NCBI RefSeq assembly: GCF_036321535.1
Contig: NC_087436.1
Location: 90,646,001 to 90,710,000, forward strand
Origin: Camelus dromedarius
Lineage: Eukaryota
Length of the DNA: 64,000 nt
Direction: 5' to 3'
Position 1 is the first letter of the stretch. Each line of letters begins with the position of its first letter. The notes below the pieces were generated by a model that saw nothing but the letters and a program-made list of their open reading frames with translations, was not told the DNA's origin and made no database searches. Made by a program: the position numbers and the translations under genes. Positions 50,981 to 63,800 of the stretch are shown piece after piece.

Positions 50981-52465
50981 ATTTTAAAAAATAAAATTGG
51001 TGTGAAGATTATCAGTTTGCAGATAGTCTTAGGAAAGAAATCAACTCTCTTTTAAAATGTACTTACTTGAATAATGCTGTAACTGTTCAATTTGCTTTCT
51101 TTTGCTTTTTTTTTTTTTTTTTTTTGGCTAATTTTGAATAGAGTTGACCTAAAGCACCAAATGCCAGAACTAAATCTAAAGTGTGTGAATCTGTAATTCC
51201 TTGAGTGTGCGTGTCTAACACTTCCCTCCCTACAGGCCCAACCGTGGCTTCTGTGATCTTCCCAGAGCTATTTTCTTCTGCTACAGAGCACACAAGTTAA
51301 AGTCCTAAACCCGTGATAGGTCTCCATGGTTACAAGAGGACAAGCTGCCTCTCTGTGCTCAGAAGAGCTGGAATTGCGTTCACCTGAAAATGAATTATAA
51401 CCCAGGCTACATTTTCAGAATGACATACTCAATAGCGAGTGACATGTTTTTATTCCAATATAAACAGAATGCATTTAAATCACATTAAGGAAGAGATGAA
51501 GAGCATTAATGCAGGCACTTATTATTCCAGCCTACACTGACACATGTTCAAGAACATGAACCCAAGAGGTCAACTGTGCAATTATGAATTCACTGAACAC
51601 TACACTCAGAGTGGAAATCTCTTTCTAGAATTAGAAAGAGAAGTAAGCTGAAATCAACCAATAATTGACGGGACACAGTACCTATTTTCCTGGAATAATT
51701 GTGTGTATATATATATAATTACATATAAATGGAATTTATGTATTTCCATGTTAGGAGTCTATTTCTTAAGTATATTTATGAATTTTCCAAGTAAAAAATT
51801 CTGCATGTGTCCACTTTAAATGAAATTCTTTTCTTTTTCTTCAGTATTTTCATGATCATATAATAATACTTTAATTCAGAAGTTTATTTTACATTACTTG
51901 AAAAGAGTACACTAAAATAATTTTGCCAATTTTGAATGTAGATATAATTTTTGAAACCCTCCACATTTCATGTCGTTTGAAATGGAGCTGTTTCATTTAT
52001 GTTCAGGCTAAGGATAGGCATCTGTGTCTCTTTGAAAACTACAATCTATGGGAATAAGACAGACCATAGAGCTATGTGTGACCAACAGGTGTTTCTATGT
52101 GCACAAAAAAGGAACCAAATAAGAAGACAGGATATTACATTGAACAAGGCATGAATCACAGAAGTATAAAATTAAAGGAAAAGGACAAAATTAAAATTGA
52201 AGTGACAATGGGTTTGGCTTCCATTATATAGTCTTAAAAAAGACATTCTGGTCATGGATATAAGATAGTAATCATCCAACATGCAAATATAATAGATTAT
52301 TAAAAAGTAAACATTTCCAGCAATGTATAAAAAGAATTATACACCATAACCAGATGGGATTTATCCCAGATTTAAAAGGATGGTTCGATATTTGAAAATT
52401 AATTAATCCATCAGATTAACAGACTAAAAAAAAATAAAATAATCATATCAATAAATGCAGAAAAA

Positions 52466-52639
52466 TATCCTGCTTTATCTTTCTTTATGGCCTTTATTTT
52501 AAAGTCTATTTTGTCCAAAATCAGTACTGCTACACCTGCTTTTTTGGCTTTTCCATTTGCATGGAATACCCTTTTCCATCCTTTCACTCTCAGTCTATAT
52601 GTGTCCTTCTCCCTGTTGTGTCCCAAAGGAAAAAAAATA
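52466..52639 (+). mobile_element. TSD-flanked, poly(A)-tailed insertion of an antisense L1 endonuclease fragment
   Basis: TSD AATAAATGCAGAAAAA (52450-52465) / AATAAACGCAGAAAAA (52640-52655); minus strand reads REKDTYRLRVKGWKRVFHANGKAKKAGVAVLILDKIDFKIKAIKKDKAG. Confidence 0.85.
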
Positions 52640-53495
52640 AATAAACGCAGAAAAACCATTGAACAAAATTTAACACCCATTTAAAAATAAAACCTCTCAG
52701 GAAGTAGGATTAGAGGGAAACTTCCCCAACTTGATAAAGACTATCCACAAAAAAAAACTATGGTTAACATCATCCTTAATGGTGAGAGACTAGAAGCTTT
52801 TCCATTAAGATCAGGTACCAAGCAAAGACATTCTTTCTTACCACTCCTTTTAAACATCTTATTAGAAGTACTTACTAATGCAATAGGCAACAAAATAAAA
52901 TAAAAGATCTCCAGATTAGGATGGAAGTCATAAAACTATCTTTGTGTGCAGATAGCATGAAGGTCTACATAGAATATTAAAAAGAATTGCCAAAAAAAAA
53001 AAACTCCTTCAACTAATTATTGCAAGCAGGATAAAAGTTTAATATACAAAAGCCAGTCACTTTTCTAGCTAGAAACAATGAAGAAGTAGAATTTGAAACA
53101 AAAAAACACAGTATCACTTATATTAGCACCCTCACAAATGAAATACTTAGGTATAAATCTAACAAAATATCCATAAGACCTATATGAGGAAAACTGCAAA
53201 ACTCTGATGAATAAAATCAAAGAAGAACTAAATAAATGGAGAAATAGCCCATATTCATAGAAAGACTCAACATTGTCAAGATGTCACTTCTTCCCAACTT
53301 GGTCTATAGACTCAATGCAATCCCAATCTAAATCCCAGCATAGTTATTTTATGAAAATAAATCAGTTCAATTTTCAAATTGATTCTATAGTTTACATGGA
53401 GAAGCAAGAGAATCAGAATTGGCAACACAATATTGAAGAACAAGATCAAATTTGGGGAAATGACACTACCCAACTTTAAGACTTACAATAAAGTT

Positions 53496-53632
53496 GGGAG
53501 GAGGGGATAGCTCAAGTGGTAGAGCTCATGCTTAGCACTGATGAGGTCCTGAGTTCAATCCCCAGTACCGCCTCTAAAAATAAATTACGTCCTGCCAACC
53601 AAAATAAAATAAATAATACAATAATTAATAAA
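53496..53632 (+). mobile_element. Vic-1-type tRNA-Ala-derived SINE inserted in L1
   Basis: gggaggaggggatagctcaagtggtagagctcatgcttagcactgatgaggtcctgagttcaatccccagtacc; TSD AAGACTTACAATAAAG (53478-53493 / 53633-53648). Confidence 0.92.
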
Positions 53633-55214
53633 AAGACTTACAATAAAGCTATAATTACCAAGATAGTATAGTTACCAAGATAGTATGGTATTGGTTAATA
53701 AACAAATACATCAATAAAACAGAACAGAAAGCTCAGAAATACACCCCCATAAATACAGTTGACTGATCTTTAACAAATGAGCAAAGGCCATACAATGGAG
53801 CAAAGATAGTCTCTCCAACAATGGTGCTGTTACAACTGGATATCCACATGCCAAAACTATATATATAAATCTAGACACAGACATTACATCCTTCACAAAT
53901 AGTAACTCAAATGCATGATAGACCTGCATGGAAAATTCAACACTATAAATATCCTAGGAGATAACATAGGTATGGTGATGCCCTTTTAGATACAACTTCA
54001 AATACATGATCTATTAAAGAAGTCACTGATATGATAGATCTTATTAAAATTAAAAAGTTCTACTCTGTGAAAGACAATGTCAAGAGATTAGAAAACAAGC
54101 CACAGGCTGGGAGAAAATATTTGCAAAAGACACATCTGATTAAGGACTGTTACTCAAAATATATAAAGAAATATAAGAAATCAATAAGAAAACAATCAGA
54201 TTAAATAAAGGGCCTTAACAGACACTTCACCAAAGAAAATATACAGATAACAAATAGCACATAAAATATAGGTTCCACATCATATGTCATCAGAGAAATG
54301 CAAATTAAAATGAGATACCACTACACACATATTAGAACGGCCAAAATCTGGAACACTGATAACACTAAATGTTGGTGAGTATATGGACAACAGGAACTCT
54401 CATACTTTACTTGGAGAAATAAAAAAAAAAAAAAAAAAAGGTGTAGCCATTTCAGAAGACAATTTGGCTTTTATTTATAAAACTAAATATATTCTTCTTA
54501 TACAATCCAGGAATTGTGTTCCTTGATATTTACCCAAAGAAGTTGAAAACTTATATTTGCACAAAAACCTGTACATACACATTTATAGATGCTATATTCA
54601 TAACTGCCAAATTAGGAAGCAATCAAGATATCCTTCTGTAGGTGAATGGATAAATTAACTGTGGTACATGCAGATAATGGAATATTATTTACTGCTAAAA
54701 ATAAATGAGCTATCAAGCCATGAAAAGACATGGAGGAATCTTAAATGCATACTATTAAATGAAAGAACTCAATCTATAAAATCTACATACTGTATGATTC
54801 CAATGATGTGTTATTTTGGTAATGGCAAAACTATGGAGACAATAAAAACATTGTTGATAGCAAGAGGTGAGAGAGGGCGGAGATATGAATAGGCAGAGAA
54901 CAGAGGATCTTTAAGGCAGTAAAAATACTTTATATGTCACTGTAATGAGTACATGTCATTATCCTTTTTTTAGACCTATAGAATGCACAACACCATGAAC
55001 AAACATTTAGGTAAACTATACATTTGGGGTGATTATGATGTGTCAACGTAGGTTCATCCTTGGTAAATCATGTAACATTCTGTGAGTGATGTTAATAACG
55101 GGGGAGGCTATGCATATAGGGGGGCAGGGTTAATTTGGAAAACTCTCTGCACCTGCCTCTAAATTTATTGTAAACCTAAAACTGCTCTTACAAAATAAAG
55201 CCTTAAAAAACCCT

Positions 55215-58200
55215 ATGGTTAAATGGCAGATGTAAAACCTACCTTATGTAAATGGATTAAACTCTAGAATTAAAAGGCAGAGATAGTAAATTTAAAAATA
55301 CACTGTCCTAACTATATTTTGTCTACAATACATACTTGACTTACATAACACACTACTTTGAAAGTAAAAGGGCAGAAAATCATATATCATGCAAACAGTA
55401 ACCAAAAGAGAACTGAAATGCCTACAATAATATCAGACAAGTAGACTTTAAGATAAAAATTGTTATCAGAGAAAAGGATATTTCATAATGAAGAAGTTTA
55501 ATATTTCATAATGAAAAAGTTCAGCCGATCAAAAGGATATAACAATTATAAACATATATATATATATATGAGTGTGTGTGTGTGTGTATGGGTGCATAGA
55601 TATAGATATAGGTAAACACAGACACACACGTCTATGACTACAGCTCCAAAATATATAAAGCAAAAACAGAATTGAAGAGAGAAGTAAATCATTCAAAAAT
55701 GATAGTTGGAGACCACAATATACCATTTTCAATAAGGATAAAATAACTAGGCAGAAGACCAGCAAGATAATAGAAGACTTAACATGAAATCCAACTAAAC
55801 CTAATAGACATGTGTAGAGCATTCCACTCAACAACAGCAAAGTACAAATTATTCTCAAGTGCACATGGAACAGTCTCCAGGGTAGACCACATATGTGAGG
55901 CCATAAAAAAGTCTCCATAAATTTAAAAGAACGTAAATCATATAAAGTATATTCTATAGCCAAATTAGAAATAATAAGAGGGAAATTTGATAAATTGACA
56001 AATATGTAGAAATTGAAAACTTTCCTCAATAAATGAGTCAAGCAAGAAATCACAAGGGAAATTATAGAATACTTTGAGATGAATGAAAACAAACAAACAA
56101 TAAAACAAACAACCAAAATGTATGAGATTCAGGTAAGGCAGTGGCTAGGGGACATTCATAGCCAAAATGCTTATATTTAAAGATGTATAAAGTATTACAA
56201 CAATATCCTAACCTATTCCTTAAGAAAGTAGAAGAGAACATTCAACCCAAAGAAAGCAAATGTAAAGACATAATGAATATTACAATGAACACAGAAGAAA
56301 TAGAAAATACATCAGAGATAAACAGTGAAATTACAAGTTGGTTTATCAAAAAGATCTACTACATTCAACCTTTAGCTAGTCTGACCAAGAAGAACAGACT
56401 CAAATTGCTAAAAGCAAAAATAATTTTTTCAAAAATCCAGGATTATTACTAAAATCTTAAAGGAAAAAAAAGGTTTAGAAGTCAGTGTTATGAAAGATTA
56501 CATGCCAACAAAGTAGATAACCTAGATGAAATGGGTAGGCTTTTGTAAATATACAAACTACTATAACTTTACTCAAGGAGAATAGTAAACTTAATAGTTT
56601 CATAAAAAGTAGAGAAATTGAACCTAACAATTAAAAAACTACCCAAAAGAAAAGTCCAAGATCAAATGGCTTCCCTGTTGAATTCTACCTAATATTTAAG
56701 GAATTAATACCAACCCTTCATAAACTCTCCCTCAAAAAACAATTTGAAGAAGAATAAACACTATCCAGCTCATTCAATAAGACCACCATTACAAAAATCA
56801 AACAAACACAAGACAATAAATGAAAACGTCAGACCAAAATCCACTATACATATAAATTCAAAAATTCTCAACAAAATACTAGCAAACTGTAGCTGGTATA
56901 ATATTGGCTCCCTAAAGATGTCCATATTCTACAACCTGGGATCTTTAATATGACAAAGGGGAATTAATTTAGCAGTGGAATATGGTTGTTAAATCAGTTG
57001 AAGTTAAAATAGGGAGATAATCCTGATTTAGCCAAAAGGGTCCAATGTGATCACAAGAGTCTTTAAAATTGTAAGAGGAAGAAAAAGGCAGAAAAGAGAA
57101 TCAGAGAGGTAGGTGAAGATGCTATACTGCTAGCTTCGATGACAAAGGAAGACCGCATGAGCCAAGGAATCCAGACAGCCTCTAAAAGCTGAAAAGGCAA
57201 GGATATAGATCTCTCCTCCCACCAGAGCTTCTAGAAGGAATGCAGCCTAATTTTAACATAATAAGACCCATCTTGTTCTTCAGACTTTCACAAATACAAT
57301 ACAATAAATTTGTGTTTTAAGACATGTTTATGATCATTTGCTATAGCAGCAAGAGGAAGCTATTATGCCAACTAAATCTCACACCATATAAGGAGAATAT
57401 GTACCATGACCAAGTGGAACTTATTCCAGGAATCCAAGGTTGTTTAAACATACAAAATTCAATCAAAGCAGTACACCATACTAAGATAATAAAGAACAAA
57501 AGACAATTAATAAATGACAAAAGAGTAATTGACAAAATCTAACACTCTCTTATGACAAAAGACTAAAAATCTAGGAATAGAAAGGAATTCTTCAACTTGA
57601 TAAAGGGCAACTAGAAAAAACCCCACAGATTACATCATGATTAATGGTAAAAAAGTTAACTTTCTCCTGAGATCAGGAACAAAACAAAGATATTTCTTTT
57701 CACTACTTCTATTCAGTATTTTATTGAAAGTGCTACCAAGGGCAATTATACAAGAAAAACAAATAAAAGGCACCCAGATGGGAGATAAGAAACTCTCCAT
57801 TTACTGATGACATGATCTTCTATATATAGAAAATCCTGAAGAATCCATAATAAAATGACTATGGTTAAAAAATAAGTTCAGGAAAATTAGATAATACAAG
57901 ATTAACACACAAAAATCAACTGTATTTTTCTATATCAGCAATAAACAATCTGAAAATAAAATTTTAAATGTCTGTTTAAAAAAACATCAAAATAAAATAT
58001 TTCAGAATAAATTTAGCAAAAAATGCAAAACTCATACACTAAAATTATTGAAATACATTAAAGATTTAAGTAAATGAAAAGATATTCAGTATTCATGAAT
58101 TGGAAGATTTAATATTGATAAAGCAATTATCTCCAAACGGATGTGCAGATTAAATGAAATCTCTATTAAAATCCCACCTGCCTTTTTTATTTCAAAAATC

Positions 58201-58676
58201 GACAAAATGATCCTATACTTCATAGGAAATTCAAGAAACCCACAAGAGTCAAAAAAATCTTGAAAAGAGCAAACATGGGGAAATCACATTCCTCTATTTC
58301 ACAAAATTACAAAACTACAGTAATCACAACTGTGCAGCACATAAGGATACATTTATAAATCAATGGAACAGAATTGAAAGTCCTTAAAGAAACCCATATA
58401 GTTTACAGTGATTGAATTTTGACAAGAATGCAAAGACAACTCCGTGGGGAAAGAACAGTCTTTCCAACAAAAGTTTCTGGGAATATACCAAAAACAAACA
58501 CACAAACAAATTACATCAAAGAGCTAAATTCTTATAGAAGAAAACTATGTAATATCTTTAAGCCCTAGGGCAATAGTTTCTTAGATATGACAATTAAGTG
58601 TAAGCAACCAAAGGAAGTTTATATAAATTGGACTTAACATTTTTTAAATTGTGTTTCAAAAGATACTGTAAGTGAA
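55215..58676 (+). mobile_element. Old L1 ORF2 fragment (EN to RT and beyond), heavily degenerate
   Basis: gtaaatggattaaactct..ttaaaaggcagaga (NGLN..IKRQR), ttctcaagtgcacatggaaca, catgaccaagtggaacttattccaggaat, tactgatgacatgatc. Confidence 0.88.
56888..57367 (+). mobile_element. MaLR solo LTR (MLT1D-like) inserted in old L1
   Basis: ggctccctaaagatgtcca...agggagataatcctg...gccaaggaat...ctctaaaagctgaaaaggcaagga...ttgctatagcagcaagaggaagcta; TSD CAAAC / CCAAC. Confidence 0.85.
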
Positions 58677-59499
58677 AGAAGATACCAGCATCATGGTGGA
58701 CTTAGATGTTCCTTTTGTCTCCCCTTCAATCTACAAGCAGTAAAACATCCATAACGCAACAAAGGTACCTCTGCCCAATACACCAGGACGCTGAAGAATT
58801 TCACACATCTGTACATCTAAAGATGGGTGGATGGGAACATATAGAGGAGGCAAAACTTGGGGAACAATGGAGGTGGTACCTGTGATCCTGGAGGCTCAGC
58901 CAAGGTGGCTAAATCTGCATGAGGCATCGCAGGAGGCAGCACACATGATTCCTGCCTCTGGGCCACAGAATAACCCATGGCCGCAGGAAAACTGGTAGCA
59001 GTGGCAGCGGGGGGGGGGGGGGGGGGGGGCAATGCCATCCCTCCAGTTGCAGAGATGCCCAAGACTCTGGTCCCCCACTTCCCACCCACAGTGGCAGTGC
59101 CCACAAACCCAACAGTCCAGGACACGGGGGAGGCACACGCAACCCTAGCTACCCACCAACCGTCCTCCATGCCTGGCAGTGAAGCCTACAACTCAGAAGA
59201 CCGGGGATGTGGCTGAAGTGATTGCCATCCCAGTGCCTTAGGAAGCAACACCAGAGGCACCAGCAACAGCAAGTTACCTAAAACCCTGGAGGTACAAGCA
59301 ACAAATACAAGGGCACTAGACAACACCTCTGACAGAGCTGGTGGTGGGAGGAAAGTGCTAATTCTCAAATGCAACTAAAGGCAGCTCAGGTAAGAGCAAA
59401 CCAAAACTTGTGCTGTACTGCCACCTACTGGAAAACAAAAGGAAAGCCTCTAATTTCTAATCTATTGAATCACTAGAATCAAGCAGTGTTCCTACTTCA

Positions 59500-60430
59500 A
59501 ATGCCACATCAGAGGAACAATATCAAGCACCACGAAAAACCACAGGAACACTCAACCATAAAAAGCAAATGACAACTTTTCATAAACCAAACTTAGAGTC
59601 ACAGAATATTGCTATCTGATTAGTAGAGAACACAAGAAAGCTGTCATGAAAACATAATGAGCAACAAGAAAACTCAGAAAATTAATGAACAGAAGGAAAG
59701 CTTTACCGAAGAGATTGAAACTCTAACAGCACCAAACAAATCCTGGAGATTAAGAGCCTAATGAATGAGATGCAGAGTGCATTAGAAAACACTGAAAATA
59801 GAGCCGACCATTTGGAAGAGAGAATTAGTGAGCTCAAAGATAGAAATCTACAAATGCCTCAGAGGTAGAAGAGAAGAGAGAATTAAGGTATAAAAAACAA
59901 TGAAGAAATTCTACAAGAACTGACTCTTTTTAAGAAGGGCAACATTAGGATATTAGAATAATGAGTACCCCAGAAGAGGAGAGGGATAAGGAACAGAGAA
60001 TTTATTTAAAGAAATAATGGCTGAGAACTTCCCAAACCTGGGTAAGGAAATGGATATACAAGTCCATGAAGCTAAGAGAACACTTAATTACCTCAATGCA
60101 AAAAGACCTTCTCTAAAAAAACATTACATTAAAATTGTCAAGGTCAATGACAAAGAATTTTAAAGGTAGTCAGAGAAAAGGGATGGTAACCTATGAAGGA
60201 AGCCCCACTGGGCTCAGTAGAATTCTCAGCAGAAATTCTACAGGCCAAAAGAGAGTGGAACACCATAGTCAAAATATTGAAAAGTAAAAACTGGCATTCA
60301 AAAATATTCTATCCACTAAAGTAATCTTTCAGATATGAATGAGGAATGAAAGCTTCCCCAGACAAACAAAAGCTGGGGGAGTTCACCGACACTAGACTTG
60401 CCTAACAAGAAATGAAGAAAGGTGATCTAC
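59500..60430 (+). pseudogene. Disrupted L1 ORF1 (coiled coil, RRM, CTD)
   Basis: gaagagagaattagtgagctcaaagataga (EERISELKDR), gagaacttcccaaacctg (ENFPNL); in-frame stops and frameshifts. Confidence 0.8.
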
Positions 60431-60897
60431 CAGAAACAAAAACGCAAAAGTACACAAAACTTCAAGTAAGGTTATAAATAGAAAAAGTAAGAAAATTGTA
60501 GCTCCATATTAGAATAGGTCAAACACTTTATTATATCATAAAGTTTACAGGGGAAAATGTAATAAAAATTACTATAGCTACTTCAATTTGGCAACAAAAC
60601 CTCAACCAAAAAAGAGATAATCTGAGACAACAAAAAACAAAGGGGGAAGAGGAAAACCCCATATAGGCAAGTGAAGATAGGATGCTGTCAGCAGAAAAAG
60701 AGACCTTTATATCTGTGAGACATTTCACATAAACTTGATGGTAACCACAAGACATAAACATAGAGCAGAAACATGAAACATAAACAAAAGGAAAGTGAGA
60801 AAATCACCGTAGAAAACCACCAAATGAAAATGGCAGATAGAAACTCAAGGAAAAAGAAACAATGGGGATATAGAGCAACCAGAAAACAAAAGATAAA

Positions 60898-63800
60898 ATA
60901 GCAATGTTAAGTTCTCATATATCAAGAATCACTCTAAATAGTAATGTGTTGAATTCACCAATCAAAAGACACAGAGTGACTGGCTGGATTAAAAAACAAG
61001 ACCCAACATCATGCTGTTTCCTGGAAACTTACGTCAGCTATAAAGACAAACAGGCTCAAAGTGAGGGGCTGGAAGATAATACTCCAAGCAAACGGTAGCC
61101 ACAAGTAAGCAGACGTAGGCCACACTCATTTCAGACAAAACAGACTTCAAGCCAAAACATGTACCAAGAAACAAAGATGGACATTATATAATGATAAATA
61201 GGACAATTCACTGAAAACATATAACAGTATATATATATATATTTCACACCTAACATAGGAGCATCAAAATATATAAAGCAATTATTAATAGACCTAAACG
61301 GGGAAATTGACAGCAACACAGTAACAGTAGGGAACTTAAACACTTACTTACATCAGTGACTAGATCAGCCAGACAGAAAGTCAACAAGGCAACAGCAGAC
61401 TTAAATAAAACATTAGAGCAGATGGAATTGATAGATTTACACAGAACAGTCCATCCAAATACAGCAAAATACACATTCTTCTCTTGTGCATATGGAGCAT
61501 TCTCGAGGATAGAACATATGTTGAGACATAAAACAAGTCTCAGTAAATCTATGATTCAAATCATATCAAGCATCTTTTCTGATCAAAACGGTATGAGACT
61601 AGAAATCAACTAGAAGAAGAAAGCTGGAAAAAATCATAAATATGTGGAGACTGAACAACATGCTACTAAATAAAACTATTGGGTCAGCAAAGAAATCAAA
61701 GGAGAAATTTTTTAAAATACATGAAAACAGGTGAAAATAAAAAACATAACATACCGAAAACTATGAGATGCAGCAAAGCAGTACAAAGAAGGAAGTTTTT
61801 AGCAATACAGACCTACTCCACGAGACAAAAAAAAACTCAATCTAACCCTTACACCTAGAAGAATTAGAAAAACAACAGACAAAACACAAAGTCACTAGAA
61901 GGAAGGAAATAATAAAGATCAGAGCAAAAATAAATGAATTAGAGACTAAAAATATAATAGAAAAAAATCAGTAAAACTAAGAGCTGGTTCTTTGAGAAGT
62001 TAAACAAAATTGACAAACCTTTAGCTAAATTCACTAAGAAAAAGAGAGAGAAGGTACTGCTAAATCCAGGGAAAAAACCAAGAGAAATAACAGATACCAC
62101 AGAAATACAATGGATTATAAGAGAGCATTATGAACAGCTATAACTAACAAATAGTAAAACCTAGAAGAAACAAACTCTAAAATCATATCACTTTCCAAGA
62201 CTGAATCGTGAAGAAATAAAAAATCTGAGTAGACTGATCACTATAAAGGATATTAAAAACCAACCAAAAAATAGAAGCTGAGGATCAGATGGCTTTATAG
62301 GTAAATTCTACCAAACATTTAAAATAGATTTAATACTTACCTATTCTCCCCAAACTCTTCCAAAAATCAAAGAGGAGAGAATAATTTCTAACTCATTTTA
62401 TGAGGCCAACATTACCCTGATACCAAAACCAAACAAGAACAACACAAAAAAAGATTAATTACAGGCCATTATCTCTGAAGAATATAGATGCAAAAATCCT
62501 CAATGAAATACTAGCAAACCAAATACAACAATACATTAAAAGGATCATATATCACAATCAACAAGGATTTATTCCAGGAATGCAAGGATAATTCAACATC
62601 TACAAATCAATCAATGGGATACATCACATTAACAATATGAAGAATAAAAACTATATGACCACCTCAATAAACACATGAAAAGCATTTGACAAGGTTCAAC
62701 ACCCATTTTTGATAAAATTATTGATAAAATGGGTATAGAAGGAACATACCTCAATATAATATAGACCATATATTACAAATCTATAGCTAATATTATACTC
62801 AATGGTGAAAAGGGACTTTCCTAGAGGATCAGGACCAAGACATTGATGCCCATTCTTGCCAGTCTTATTCAACATAGTATTGGAAGTCCTAGTCAGAGCC
62901 ATTAGGCAGGAAAAAGAATTTATAAATGGTATCCAAATTGGAAAGGAAAAAGTAAAACTGTCACTACTGCAGATGACATGACTGTATATATAGAAAACCC
63001 CAAAGACTCTACCAAAAAACTATTAAAATATAAATGAATTCAGTAATGTTACAGGGTACAAAATCAATGTACAAAAAAACTGTTGCATTTCTATACACTA
63101 ACAATGAACTAGCAGAAAGAGAAATTATGAAAATAATCCCACTTATAATCACAACAAAAAGAATAAATGTCTAGGAGTAAAATTAACCAAAGAGGTAAAA
63201 GATCTATACACTGAAAACTATAAAGCATGGTTGAAAGAAACTAACAAAGACACAGAGAAATGGAAATACTCCATGAACATGTATTGGAAGAATAACATCT
63301 TTAAAATATCTCCATACATAAAGCAATCTAAAGATTCAATGCAATCCCTATCAAAATCTCAATGACATTTTTGACAAAAATAGAACCACTTAAAATTGAC
63401 ATAGAACAACAAGACCCTGAATAGCCAAACCAAACCTGAGAAAAAAAAGAACAAATCCAGAAGTATCACACTTTCTAATTTCACACTTGATTACAAAGCT
63501 ACAGTATCAAAACAACATGCTGTTGGCAGAAAAACAGACACATAGATGAATGGAACATAACTGAGAGCCCAGAAATAAGCCCACAGGTATATATGGACAA
63601 CTAATCTATGGCAAAGGAGCAAAGAATATACGAGTGAAAGGATAATGTTTTCAATAAATGATGTTGGAAAAACTGGACAGCCACATGCAAAGAATGAAAC
63701 TAGACCACTATCCCAGACCATACACAAAAATCAACTCCAAATGGATTAAAGACCTGAAACCCTAAAAGTCAGAGTAGAAAACACAGGCAACATACTCTTT

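Larger units (their letters stand above)
52290..55208 (+). mobile_element. L1 (L1MC1-like) ORF2 3' half + 3'UTR, degenerate
   Basis: RT-region motifs (ggatttatcccag, gcttttccattaagatcagg, gcagat); 3'UTR gagctatcaagccatgaaaagacatggaggaa...tgattatgatgtgtcaacgtagg...gtaaacctaaaactgctct. Confidence 0.9.

Noticed and set aside
55529..56116. Longest ORF in the track (195 aa, minus strand)
   Set aside because: Antisense reading of a degenerate L1 ORF2 plus a dinucleotide repeat; no coding signature
58817..59374. Pro/Gly-rich ORFs on both strands (possible ORF0-like)
   Set aside because: They lie in the GC-rich L1 5'UTR across the G21 run; low stop-codon density explains them
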